Under the pieces are notes generated by a model. The model was not told the origin of the DNA. It was given only the letters and a program-made list of their open reading frames with translations, and searched no databases. A DNA stretch of 64,000 nucleotides from Anaerolineales bacterium (GTDB lineage: Bacteria > Chloroflexota > Anaerolineae > Anaerolineales > Villigracilaceae). Positions 8,891 to 18,499 of this stretch are shown piece by piece (within the stretch, counting starts at the first letter, position 1; each line of letters begins with the position of its first letter). Location: positions 2,653 to 66,652 of the forward strand of contig JADLBX010000018.1 of the NCBI GenBank assembly GCA_020847435.1. Reading direction: 5' to 3'. The translations under genes and the position numbers were made by a program.

Positions 8891-9946
8891 ATGCGTCGCG
8901 GACGATTGTTAATTTTCCTGGTGTTGATCGTGGTGGTTGGACTGGGTGTGCTTTTTGCCGTCCTAACTCTGCTTCGACCGGGAACCACCCAGCCGGCGGC
9001 ACAGCCGACTGCCCTCACTGAGATTTTTTATGCGGCACAAAACATCCCGCAAGGCACGAAGATAACCAAGGAGATGCTCGGTACATTTTCCATTCCTTCG
9101 GATAAGGTTGCCGAGGTGATGTTTGCTGTTGGCGAAGAAGGTAATTTAGTTGACCAGAGCGCTCGCGTCACGCTTGAACCAGGTGTGATCATCACCACCT
9201 CGATGGTCGGCGACCAGGTTGAGATAACAGGTCCCGAACACGCCACCCAAATCCCTACGGGAATGGTTGCAGTGACGATCCCTGCCAACCGTCTGTCAAC
9301 AGACGGTTATGCCGTGAACGACGGCGCGCGTGTTAACGTGATTGCATGTCTCAGTTTTGTTGATATTGACCAGGATTTCCAAACCATCCTTCCAAACAAT
9401 ACATCGGTAGTGACTGGCGCGGGTCAGATGCCCGGCGCTTTGCCTATTCTTTCAGCCGCAGTGGTTTCAGGCGGGGAAAGTTCGGTGCAAGGCAAGGTGG
9501 TGATCGACAAAACGCTGCTCCAGCCTTTTTATCCCGTTCCCTCTGAACCCCAACGCCCGCGCATGGCGTGCCAGATTATCTTGCAAGACGTAAAAGTTAT
9601 GAAATTAGGCAATTTTTCCCTGCGACCTGCGGCGGCTGACCCAAACGCGACGCCTTCTCCAGCCCAAGCTCAGCAAGATGCGGCTCCAGATATCGTTACC
9701 CTGATCGTGAACCCGCAGGACTCCATCTCGCTTAATTTCTTCGTGTATAACAGCGCCATCCTCACTTTGACGCTGCGGCATCCTGACGATCATTCTTTGA
9801 TGGATACGCAGGTCATCAATTTATCCAGCCTGCTTGCCTACTACGGTATTTCGGGTCCCCCGGATAGGCTGAACTATGGTTTACAGCCGCAAGTTGAAAT
9901 CCTTCCGCCTCCCATTTTGCCCAATGATATCAAGCCTGAGCAGTAA
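8891..9946 (+). CDS. cpaB: Flp pilus assembly protein CpaB/RcpC
   Basis: N-terminal TM, SAF domain (AAQNIPQGTKIT), IPTGMVAVTIP, ILQDVKVMKLG, VTLIVNPQD. Confidence 0.85.
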   Translation: MRRGRLLIFLVLIVVVGLGVLFAVLTLLRPGTTQPAAQPTALTEIFYAAQNIPQGTKITKEMLGTFSIPSDKVAEVMFAVGEEGNLVDQSARVTLEPGVIITTSMVGDQVEITGPEHATQIPTGMVAVTIPANRLSTDGYAVNDGARVNVIACLSFVDIDQDFQTILPNNTSVVTGAGQMPGALPILSAAVVSGGESSVQGKVVIDKTLLQPFYPVPSEPQRPRMACQIILQDVKVMKLGNFSLRPAAADPNATPSPAQAQQDAAPDIVTLIVNPQDSISLNFFVYNSAILTLTLRHPDDHSLMDTQVINLSSLLAYYGISGPPDRLNYGLQPQVEILPPPILPNDIKPEQ

Positions 9947-9972
9947 CTCGGCGTGGAAGATTAGGTATTGAT

Positions 9973-11214
9973 ATGGCTCCTGGCGATAAGATCCGTGTGC
10001 TGATCGTAGACGACGTTTCTGAGACGCGCGAGAACGTGCGCAAACTCCTCCAGTTCGAGTCGGATGTGGACGTGGTCGGGGCGGCGCGGACCGGGAAGGA
10101 GGCGATCCAAAGCTCCCTTGAGTTTGACCCGGACGTCGTCCTCATGGACATCAATATGCCCGACATGGACGGCATCGCGGCGACGGAAGCCATTCGCGCG
10201 CGTCAGCCTGCCGTGCAGGTGGTGATCCTCTCAGTGCAGAACGATCAGAATTATATGCGCCGCGCTATGCTCGCCGGCGCGCGAGACTTTCTGACGAAGC
10301 CTCCGATGGGCGACGAGTTGATTTCAGCGATCCGCCGCGCAGGCGCCATGGCGCAAAGTGAGCGTTCGAAATCTGTAGCGGCGCAACCGATCGCTCCGCT
10401 GGGCGGGGCGCCGGGAGTAAACTTCGGGTATACCCCTCGCGGCAAGATCGTCACCGTGTATAGCCCGAAGGGTGGGGCGGGTTGTACCACCTTGGCGGTG
10501 AACCTGGCTGTGACGCTTAACAACGATGACACCAAGGTCGCGCTGGTTGACGCCAATTTACAGTTTGGGGATGTGGCGATGTTCGTAAACGAGCAGGGGA
10601 AGAACACGATCGCAGACCTCGCCCCGCGCGCCGACGAATTGGACCCCGAGATCGTGGAAGAGGTGATGCTGAAGCACGCGGCGACAGGCTTGCACATTCT
10701 CGCCGCGCCGAGCCGTCCCGAATATGCCGATAAGGTTACGAGCGGGCAATTGTCTCGGGTCCTCGAATATCTTAAGCAGATGTACGCGTACGTGATCGTG
10801 GACACTTCCGCCTATTTGACTGACAACACTCTTGCCGCCATTGATGTGAGCGACTTGATCGTGCTGGTCACCACGCAGGATATCCCGTCCATCAAAAGTT
10901 GCAGGCTGTTCCTTGACCTGTTGCAGACCCTGGGAGTCGAACGTGAAAGAATATTGTTTGTCATGAATCGCTTCGATAAACGGACCAACATCACTCCTGA
11001 GCGAGTGGCGGACAACCTCAAACAGGAAGTTGCCTCGGTGATTCCGCAAGACGATCAAACGGCGATCAAAGCGGTGAACCGCGGCGTACCGTTCATGCTG
11101 GAAAGCAGGAACCAGCCCGCAGGGAGAGGGATTCTCTCGTTGGCTGAAAGCGTCCGGGCGCGTGTGTCGGCGCTCGAGTCTGGCGGCGAGACGGATCGGC
11201 TCGGCAGGCGTTAG
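9973..11214 (+). CDS. cpaE: CpaE/TadZ-like receiver domain + MinD/ParA-like ATPase
   Basis: Intact receiver (VDD, MDINMP, TKP) fused to YSPKGGAGCTTLAVNLA, VDANLQFGD. Confidence 0.88.
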   Translation: MAPGDKIRVLIVDDVSETRENVRKLLQFESDVDVVGAARTGKEAIQSSLEFDPDVVLMDINMPDMDGIAATEAIRARQPAVQVVILSVQNDQNYMRRAMLAGARDFLTKPPMGDELISAIRRAGAMAQSERSKSVAAQPIAPLGGAPGVNFGYTPRGKIVTVYSPKGGAGCTTLAVNLAVTLNNDDTKVALVDANLQFGDVAMFVNEQGKNTIADLAPRADELDPEIVEEVMLKHAATGLHILAAPSRPEYADKVTSGQLSRVLEYLKQMYAYVIVDTSAYLTDNTLAAIDVSDLIVLVTTQDIPSIKSCRLFLDLLQTLGVERERILFVMNRFDKRTNITPERVADNLKQEVASVIPQDDQTAIKAVNRGVPFMLESRNQPAGRGILSLAESVRARVSALESGGETDRLGRR

Positions 11215-11328
11215 TTTTGTCGGCTTGGCTTGCGTGAGACTGGAGGGTTTTGCTTGTTGGCGTAAGGTAATTTGAGAGTTGACAGATGAATCACTTGAGC
11301 AACGTAAGACATTAGTCAGGAGATATAA

Positions 11329-12750
11329 ATGTCTCTTCTAAAACGAATTGAACAAGGTCAAGGCGGAAATGCCTCCGGGGTCGCCGGCGGGCAATCGGGG
11401 AATCAAGGCGGCGGCGAAGGCTCGCGTCTATCCAACTTGCAAGCGCGCCGCGTGAACGCGCCGATCACCTCGCCTCAGGCGGGCTCCTATTTTGATTTGA
11501 AGACGCGGGTCCAGAATAAACTGCTCTCCGAGTTGGACCCGTCCATGGATATTTCGCGGACCGATGAGGTGCGTAAGACTATCCAGGAATTATTCGAGCA
11601 GATCCTGGCGGAAGAAAATATCGTGCTTTCGCGTCCTGAGCGGGCGCGCCTGTTTGACCAGATCACCGCGGAAATCCTCGGGTTTGGTCCGCTCCAACCA
11701 TTGTTGGAAGACGAGAGCATCACCGAAGTCATGGTCAATGGCGCGAAGAACCTGTATATCGAACGTAAAGGCAAGATCCATCGCGTGCCGGTTACGTTTG
11801 AGAATAACGACCATGTGATGCGGATCATTGACCGCATTGTCGCGCCGTTGGGCAGGCGCATTGACGAATCCAGCCCATACGTTGACGCGCGTTTACCGGA
11901 TGGGTCGCGTGTGAACGCGGTCATCCCTCCCATTTCGCTGATCGGTCCCGTTTTGACCATCCGTAAGTTTGCAAGAAACCCGATTACGGTTGACCAGTTG
12001 GTCCAGTTCGGCTCCATTTCGGCAGAGGCGATCCAGTTCCTGAAAGCCTGTGTGGAATCGCGGTTGAATGTGGTGATCTCCGGCGGCACAGGTTCTGGGA
12101 AAACCACCTTGCTAAACATCCTGTCGAGTTTCATCCCTGCGGATGAAAGGATATTAACCATCGAGAACGCGGCGGAACTCCAATTGCGCCAGGAGCATGT
12201 GGTGACGTTGGAATCCCGCCCGCCGAACATCGAAGGTCGCGGCGAAATCACCATTCGCCAGCTGGTGATCAATGCCTTGCGGATGCGCCCCGACCGGATT
12301 GTGGTAGGGGAGATCCGCGATGAGGCGGCGCTGGATATGTTGCAGGCAATGAACACGGGTCACGACGGTTCGATGACCACCTTGCACTCGAACAGCCCGC
12401 GCGATTCACTCTCCCGTCTTGAAACCATGACGCTGATGGCTGGCATGGATTTGCCGGCGCGCGCCATCCGCGAACAGATCACTTCGGCTGTGGATGTTGT
12501 CTGTCATCAGGAGCGCATGCGCGATGGGACGCGCAAAGTAACCAACGTCACCGAGGTGAGCGGCATGGAAGGGGAGGTGATCACCATGACCGATATCTTT
12601 GTATTCGAACAGACTGGGATCGAGAACGGTCAGATTGTTGGGCGCCTCAGACCGACGGGTTTGCGACCCAAATTTATGGATAAAATCGAAGGCTCCGGAA
12701 TCAACCTGCCCCCGTCCATTTTTGGTATCGGCGACAGGCGACGTTATTGA
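11329..12750 (+). CDS. cpaF: Flp pilus assembly ATPase CpaF/TadA
   Basis: GGTGSGKTT Walker A, DARLPDGSRVNAV, LRMRPDRIVVGE, AMNTGHDGS. Confidence 0.96.
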   Translation: MSLLKRIEQGQGGNASGVAGGQSGNQGGGEGSRLSNLQARRVNAPITSPQAGSYFDLKTRVQNKLLSELDPSMDISRTDEVRKTIQELFEQILAEENIVLSRPERARLFDQITAEILGFGPLQPLLEDESITEVMVNGAKNLYIERKGKIHRVPVTFENNDHVMRIIDRIVAPLGRRIDESSPYVDARLPDGSRVNAVIPPISLIGPVLTIRKFARNPITVDQLVQFGSISAEAIQFLKACVESRLNVVISGGTGSGKTTLLNILSSFIPADERILTIENAAELQLRQEHVVTLESRPPNIEGRGEITIRQLVINALRMRPDRIVVGEIRDEAALDMLQAMNTGHDGSMTTLHSNSPRDSLSRLETMTLMAGMDLPARAIREQITSAVDVVCHQERMRDGTRKVTNVTEVSGMEGEVITMTDIFVFEQTGIENGQIVGRLRPTGLRPKFMDKIEGSGINLPPSIFGIGDRRRY

Positions 12751-12772
12751 TGTGGAAAATTGGTGACTGAAG

Positions 12773-13762
12773 ATGGATCCTGTTCTGATTCTCGCGATCG
12801 GCGGCACCGCCTTGTTAGCGCTCTTGATCGTCGGGGCGGTGGTTACGGTCATCAGCGATCGTTCTCTTGTGGAAGATCGCTTGGGGAAATTCCTAGACGA
12901 GGATAAGCCGGCCGTAGACGGCGGCGATCGCGGCTCAATCGTCACAGAGTGGCTGAACCGCAAGGTCACGCGCTCCTCGTGGGGCGACCGGGTAGCGCGT
13001 GAATTAGCGCGAGCGGACATGAAGTTAAAGGTCGCCGAATATTACGCCTTGATGTTTATCTCGACGATTACGGTCGGCTTGGCTGGTTATTTACTCCAAT
13101 CCAGCGGACAGCCGACCCAGCGAATGATCTCAGCCGCGATCGGCGCGGTGATCGGTTTCTTTGCGCCGCGTTTCTACGTCAAGCGGATGCAGACTCAACG
13201 ATTGCATCGTTTCAACGACCAGCTCTCCGACATGCTCAACCTGATGGTCAACGGCTTGCGCGCTGGCTATTCCACCACTCAGGCGATGGAAGCCGTGAGT
13301 CGTGAACTGCCCTCCCCGATTTCGGATGAGTTCCGGCGCCTCGTTCAAGAGATGCAGATCGGCATTCCGATGGAGAAAGCGCTCGATAATCTCCTCCGCC
13401 GCATCCCCAGCGACGACCTGGATTTTGTTGTGACGGCGATCAATGTCCAACGTGAAGTGGGCGGTAACCTTTCCGAAATTCTCGATACGATTTCCTTCAC
13501 CATCCGCGAGCGGGTCCGCATCAAAGGTGAGATGCGGGTGTTGACCGCTTCGGTGCGGACCTCCGGCACGGTGCTGTCGCTCATCCCTGTCTTTCTAACC
13601 ATTGCGCTCTGGTTTGTCAGCCCCGAATACATCGGCAGTTTTTTTGACGATATCGGAGGCATTCCCCAACCCTTGTGCGGCATCGCGGCGGTCGTGACCA
13701 TCGTCGGGATGATCGCTTCCGGTTATTTCGTCATGATGAAAATTGCGGATATCGAGGTCTGA
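12773..13762 (+). CDS. tadB: TadB (T2SS F family) platform protein
   Basis: FNDQLSDMLNLMVNGLRAGYS, INVQREVGGNLSEIL. Confidence 0.92.
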   Translation: MDPVLILAIGGTALLALLIVGAVVTVISDRSLVEDRLGKFLDEDKPAVDGGDRGSIVTEWLNRKVTRSSWGDRVARELARADMKLKVAEYYALMFISTITVGLAGYLLQSSGQPTQRMISAAIGAVIGFFAPRFYVKRMQTQRLHRFNDQLSDMLNLMVNGLRAGYSTTQAMEAVSRELPSPISDEFRRLVQEMQIGIPMEKALDNLLRRIPSDDLDFVVTAINVQREVGGNLSEILDTISFTIRERVRIKGEMRVLTASVRTSGTVLSLIPVFLTIALWFVSPEYIGSFFDDIGGIPQPLCGIAAVVTIVGMIASGYFVMMKIADIEV

Positions 13763-13763
13763 G

Positions 13764-14702
13764 ATGACGGGATTGATTATCTTCCTTTTTATCCTCTTGA
13801 TCATCGTGGCGGCGGTGGTTATCTTTGCCCGACGGCGCGCAGCGGCGGAAGGCAACGAGGACGACCCGTTGCAAGCGCGCCTGGCGGAATTTATTCAGCG
13901 CGGCGACGATGTGCAATCGCTCGAACAGATCGAAATGTCACAGCCGTTTACCGAGCGGGTGTTAATCCCGCTGGCGAGACGGTTGGGCGAATTCTCTGCC
14001 CGTTTTACGCCGCAGAAATTGATTCAGGACACGGCGCGCAACTTGGAACTCGCAGGGCATCCGTGGCCCGTGGATGCGCCGACCTTCCTTGCCATCCGCT
14101 TTATTTTGGCGGTGGCGCTCGGCGCCCTGGCAATCTCCTACGTGGCTTTTGCAAATCTGCCTAACCCAACCGACAACTTTTTGTATATTGGCGGGGCGAT
14201 CTTTGGAGGTTTCTTCGTCCCGCATATCATGCTCACCAGCCGCATCACGCGTCGACAGACTGAGATTCGGAAAGCCATGCCGGACGCGCTCGACCTGCTG
14301 ACCATTTGCGTGGAGGCGGGTCTCGGTTTCGACGCGGCGCTTTCGCGTGTGAGTGAAAAATGGGAGAACGAATTGTCGCTGGCGTTTGCGCGCACCATCC
14401 GTGAAGTGCAACTGGGCAAGACCCGCCGCGAGGCATTGCGCGACATGGCGGACCGGCTGGGCATCCCCGAAATGTCCAGTTTTGTAGCGGCGATCATTCA
14501 AAGCGAAATGCTCGGCGTGAGCATGGCGCGGGTGTTGCGCATCCAGTCCGATCAGATGCGCGTGAAGCGACGCCAGCGCGCGGAAGAGGCGGCGCACAAA
14601 GCGCCGGTGAAGATGATCATCCCGATGGCGTTGTTGATCTTTCCATCCATCATGATCATCATCCTGACCCCAGCCGCGTTGCAGATCATGGCTACATTGT
14701 AG
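13764..14702 (+). CDS. tadC: TadC platform protein
   Basis: MPDALDLLTICVEAGLGFD, RRQRAEEAAHKAPVKMIIPM. Confidence 0.92.
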   Translation: MTGLIIFLFILLIIVAAVVIFARRRAAAEGNEDDPLQARLAEFIQRGDDVQSLEQIEMSQPFTERVLIPLARRLGEFSARFTPQKLIQDTARNLELAGHPWPVDAPTFLAIRFILAVALGALAISYVAFANLPNPTDNFLYIGGAIFGGFFVPHIMLTSRITRRQTEIRKAMPDALDLLTICVEAGLGFDAALSRVSEKWENELSLAFARTIREVQLGKTRREALRDMADRLGIPEMSSFVAAIIQSEMLGVSMARVLRIQSDQMRVKRRQRAEEAAHKAPVKMIIPMALLIFPSIMIIILTPAALQIMATL

Positions 14703-14726
14703 AGGCTCGAACATAGCTACTTTTCC

Positions 14727-15464
14727 GTGAATAAAATCCCCTGGTCGTATCGCTTTTACCGATGGACCTGGAACGGGTTGGACCTGCTGTTCCCGCCCGT
14801 CTGCGGAGGCTGTGGCAGGAGCGGCTCGCGCTGGTGTGCGGAGTGCAGGGGGCGCGTGTCGAGGATCCGCAAGCCGTTCTGTGAAAAATGCGGCATTCCC
14901 ACCCGCGGCAGTGAAATTTGCGAAAAGTGTAAATCGAATCCGCCTGCGTATCGCGCGTTGCGTTCGTGGGCGGTTTTTGATTCTCCGGTGCAGAATGCCC
15001 TGCACGCGATCAAATATCGCCGCAACATCGGGCTGGCGGACGCGTTAGCCGCCGACCTCGTGGAGTTTGTCCGTGCGTTGCAGTGGACGGCGGACTTGTT
15101 GATCCCGGCGCCGCTGGGAAAGGCTCGCTTGAAGGAGCGCGGATATAATCAAGTTGGGTTGGTCGCGCGCCCGCTGGCGTATGAACTTGGGATCGAGTAT
15201 GCGCCGAACGGTTTGCGGAAGACGCGTGAGACGCGCTCGCAGGTAGGGCTGAGCGCGGCAGAACGGCAAGCGAATGTCGCGCAGGCGTATCAGGCTGACC
15301 CGTCGGCAGTGAAGCGGAAGTCCATCCTGCTGATGGACGATGTGGCGACGACCGGTTCCACGCTCGCTTCCTGCACGGCGGCGTTGATGTCCGCTGGCGC
15401 GGCGGAGGTGCAGGCGTTGACGATCGCGCGGGCGCTTGCGCATCACGGTTTGAATCGAGTTTGA
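14727..15464 (+). CDS. comF: ComF family protein (double zinc ribbon + PRTase)
   Basis: Four CxxC pairs, ERGYNQ, SQVGLS, LMDDVATTGST. Confidence 0.93.
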   Translation: MNKIPWSYRFYRWTWNGLDLLFPPVCGGCGRSGSRWCAECRGRVSRIRKPFCEKCGIPTRGSEICEKCKSNPPAYRALRSWAVFDSPVQNALHAIKYRRNIGLADALAADLVEFVRALQWTADLLIPAPLGKARLKERGYNQVGLVARPLAYELGIEYAPNGLRKTRETRSQVGLSAAERQANVAQAYQADPSAVKRKSILLMDDVATTGSTLASCTAALMSAGAAEVQALTIARALAHHGLNRV

Positions 15465-15510
15465 CAACGGCGTTGGCTGTCGTTGATATCACAAGTTCAG
15501 GAGGTTCCCC

Positions 15511-16080
15511 ATGTCTGACAAGATTGACGTTCAGGCTCGCAATATGCGTTTGACCGATAACACCCGCGAGTACGTCGAGAAGAAAGCCGCCAAACTCGAA
15601 CGTTACCTTCAGGAGATTGATGAGATCCGGGTGGAGTTGACCCATGAAAAAACGGCGCGGCAGGCAGGCGACCGGCAAGTGGCGCAGATGACCGTGCGCG
15701 GAAAAGGTTTTCAGTTGCGCACGGAGGAACGGTCGGATGAACTGCACACCGCGTTCGACTCCGCGCTCGATAAGATGCAGAGGCAGATCGAACGCTACAA
15801 AGGCAAGCATTATCGCGGGCGCGGCGACGGGCGCTCGGCGGCGGAAGTGACGGAGGAAGAGGCGTGGCCCGTAGACGAGACCGGCGAACTCCTGCCGTTG
15901 ATCGCGAAGCGCAAGAAATTTGTGATCATGCCGATGAACGAGGATGAGGCGGTCGAACAGATGCGCTTGCTGGGACACAACAATTTCTTCATCTTCTTCA
16001 ACGCGGAGAAGAATGCGATTCAAGTGTTGTATCGCAGGCGCAACGGTTCGTATGGTTTGATCGAGCCGGTGGTCGGATAG
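15511..16080 (+). CDS. hpf: Long-type ribosome hibernation promoting factor
   Basis: RaiA domain plus C-terminal PMNEDEAVEQMRLLGHNNFFIF...VLYRRRNGSYGLI. Confidence 0.95.
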   Translation: MSDKIDVQARNMRLTDNTREYVEKKAAKLERYLQEIDEIRVELTHEKTARQAGDRQVAQMTVRGKGFQLRTEERSDELHTAFDSALDKMQRQIERYKGKHYRGRGDGRSAAEVTEEEAWPVDETGELLPLIAKRKKFVIMPMNEDEAVEQMRLLGHNNFFIFFNAEKNAIQVLYRRRNGSYGLIEPVVG

Positions 16081-16097
16081 CGCAAGAATAAAATTTG

Positions 16098-16129
16098 CCA
16101 GCCCGATGTTTTCATCGGGCTGGACTTTC
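16098..16129 (+). terminator. Hairpin/terminator after hpf
   Basis: ccagcccgatg-tttt-catcgggctgg followed by actttc. Confidence 0.55.
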
Positions 16130-16146
16130 GTAGCGGAGGAGCGCGA

Positions 16147-16767
16147 ATGACTTTTGACGACGATATGGATGACGCAGACACCGGCACGATTGACCTTGAG
16201 GTAACGCGGCGGCTGGTCTATGAATTGATCAAGTCGGTGGGCGAAGACCCCGAGCGCGAGGGTTTGAAGAACACGCCCGACCGCGTGGCGCGCATGTATA
16301 CCGAACTGCTGAGCGGCTACAGCCTCGAGCCTGAAAAAATTATCAACCGCGCGCTCTTCAACGTCAGTTACGATGAAATGGTCATCGTGCGCGATATCGA
16401 ATTCTACAGTTTGTGCGAGCATCACATGCTGCCTTTCATTGGGCGCGCGCACGTGGCTTACATCCCCGCTGGCAAAGTGATCGGCTTATCCAAAATTCCG
16501 CGCATCGTGGATCTGTACGCGCGGCGCTTGCAAATCCAAGAACGCATGACGCGCCAGATCGCGGACTTCATCCAAGACGCGCTCAAACCGCAAGGCGTGG
16601 CGGTGGTGGTCGAGGCGATGCACATGTGCGCGATGATGCGCGGTGTGAAAAAGCATGACGCGCGCATGACGACCTCCGCCATGCACGGCGCGTTCCGCGC
16701 GAATTTAGCCACGCGGCAGGAATTCTTGGATAATATTTCGCGGGGATCGAAACCGGTTCAATTCTAA
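16147..16767 (+). CDS. folE: GTP cyclohydrolase I
   Basis: [53 protein letters not shown]. Confidence 0.97.
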   Translation: MTFDDDMDDADTGTIDLEVTRRLVYELIKSVGEDPEREGLKNTPDRVARMYTELLSGYSLEPEKIINRALFNVSYDEMVIVRDIEFYSLCEHHMLPFIGRAHVAYIPAGKVIGLSKIPRIVDLYARRLQIQERMTRQIADFIQDALKPQGVAVVVEAMHMCAMMRGVKKHDARMTTSAMHGAFRANLATRQEFLDNISRGSKPVQF

Positions 16768-16788
16768 GGGACGGCTGTCCCGCCCTCG

Positions 16789-17268
16789 TCAGCCTAACGC
16801 AAGCGGACGCGTCTCCATCCAAACCTCGCGGCGGAGGCGCGCGGCAATCTCTTGAATGGTTTCGCCAGCGGCGGGGGTTTGAATCTCGGGCAAAATTTCC
16901 GCCAGCGGCACAACGACGAACGCCTGCGCCAGCCAACGCTCGCCGACGATTTCTCCGTCGAATACGAGGATGTCAATGTCAATCGTGCGCGGGGCGAACT
17001 TGTCCGCGCTGCGTTTGCGTCCGAGTTGCGTTTCGATGGGGCGGAGGACGTTCTCTTTCAATGCCGTCTGCGAAAGCGATGTTTCGTATTCGAGGCAGGC
17101 GTTCAGATAATTGCCTCCGCCGCCTCCGCCGACAGGCTTGGTTTCCCACACGCTTGAAATTTTCCCGACCTGCCCGTGTTGCGCGAGCAAGCGCGCCGCT
17201 TTCGGCAAATTAGACTCAGGCTCGATGTTCGACCCCAGACTCAAATACGCGAGATGCAGTTCATTCAT
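16789..17268 (-). CDS. folK: HPPK (6-hydroxymethyl-dihydropterin pyrophosphokinase), non-canonical
   Basis: Start MNELHLAY coupled to folB; YLSLGSNI, YLNA, IETQLGR, PRTIDIDIL; the usual PHPR segment is absent. Confidence 0.85.
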   Translation of the reverse strand: MNELHLAYLSLGSNIEPESNLPKAARLLAQHGQVGKISSVWETKPVGGGGGGNYLNACLEYETSLSQTALKENVLRPIETQLGRKRSADKFAPRTIDIDILVFDGEIVGERWLAQAFVVVPLAEILPEIQTPAAGETIQEIAARLRREVWMETRPLALG

Positions 17269-17617
17269 CGCGGCTGCGTTCGATCTCCACGCCGACCGAT
17301 TCGGCGAACCGCACCGCGCCCGGCTTCTCCACGCGGACAATGACTTTTTGAACCAATTTATCTTCAAGACACAATTTTGCCAGATCGTTGGCGAGGGCTT
17401 CCACGGTTAGTCGTTGCGCGGTTTCGGCGTGCGCCATGACCTTCTTCGACATTTTGCTGTAATCTGCGCAGTCGTTGATGTGATCGGTCTCGGCGGCGCG
17501 GCGCGTGTCGGTGAAGAGGGTGAGGTTGATGAGAATATTCTGGGCGCGGTTGCGCTCCCAATCGTTGACGCCAATCACGCCGCGGGCGAGCAGGTTTTTG
17601 ATGATGACTTTGTCCAT
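17261..17617 (-). CDS. folB: Dihydroneopterin aldolase/epimerase (FolB/FolX family)
   Basis: IGVNDWER, DY, E, EKPGAVRFAESVGVEIER. Confidence 0.9.
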   Translation of the reverse strand: MDKVIIKNLLARGVIGVNDWERNRAQNILINLTLFTDTRRAAETDHINDCADYSKMSKKVMAHAETAQRLTVEALANDLAKLCLEDKLVQKVIVRVEKPGAVRFAESVGVEIERSRDE

Positions 17618-17632
17618 ATATTTTTCCTTGTT

Positions 17633-17658
17633 GTAGGACCGACTTAAGTCGGTCCTAC
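17633..17658. repeat. 26-bp perfect GTAG-ended palindrome (REP-like family C)
   Basis: gtaggaccgacttaagtcggtcctac; shares core cgacttaagtcg with 33547-33572. Confidence 0.8.
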
Positions 17659-17661
17659 TTG

Positions 17662-18390
17662 CTAAATAAGATGTCTCCCTCCATCCACGTGGAGAATCTC
17701 GCCAGTGATATAGGTCGGCGAGGTGAGCAGGAATAACAGCGCTTGTTCGACTTCGTTTTCTTTCGCCCAGCGTTTCATTGGGATGCTCTCGACGATTTTA
17801 GGGTTTACGTTCCCATCCGCTGGCGGGAGGATGGCGCCGAGCGCCAACCCGTTGACGGTGATACGCGGCGCGAGCGCGACTGCCATTGATTTTGTCATCG
17901 CCGCGAGGGCGGATTTGCTGACGGTGTAGGGGAAGTGGTCTGCGGCGGGGCGCAGGGCGCGCCAATCGAGGATGTTGACGATGCGCGCGCCGTCGTCCGC
18001 TTGGCGGGCGAAGGCTTGACTGAGCAGAAATGGGGCGGTGAGGTTGAGGGCGAGATGGTTGTTCCAGTGTTCGAGAGTCGTTGAATCGAAGGTGAGGGAC
18101 TCGAAGATCGCCGCGCTGTTGACGAGGAAATGCAGAGGCGTGGATTCGTTGACGAGGCGAATCAGGCGTCCCGTCGAGAATGAATCGGTTAAGTCCGCTT
18201 GAAAGACCCAGGCGCGTTGACCGAGTCTCACAATTTCGGCGCGCAAAGATTCGGCGTCCGCTTCGGAATGGGCGTGGTGAATCGCAACATCCGCTCCTGC
18301 GCGCGCACACGCGAGGGCAAACATGCGACCGAGACGACGCGCCGCGCCAGTGATGAGGACGGTTTTGTTTTTTAGCGGTTGGTCGGGCAT
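17662..18390 (-). CDS. Pteridine reductase-type SDR (FolM/PTR1-like)
   Basis: TGAARRLG (pteridine reductase signature), LVNSAAIF, IVNILD, YTVSK; co-oriented with folB-folK. Confidence 0.8.
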   Translation of the reverse strand: MPDQPLKNKTVLITGAARRLGRMFALACARAGADVAIHHAHSEADAESLRAEIVRLGQRAWVFQADLTDSFSTGRLIRLVNESTPLHFLVNSAAIFESLTFDSTTLEHWNNHLALNLTAPFLLSQAFARQADDGARIVNILDWRALRPAADHFPYTVSKSALAAMTKSMAVALAPRITVNGLALGAILPPADGNVNPKIVESIPMKRWAKENEVEQALLFLLTSPTYITGEILHVDGGRHLI

Positions 18391-18499
18391 GTTTGGGATT
18401 GTAATCCAGATTGGTAACATGCTGTAACTTGACGCTCGCATTTGGCGGTGATATATTTTCTTCGCAAGCCGACCCTTCCATTTGAAGAAAGGTGAGATC

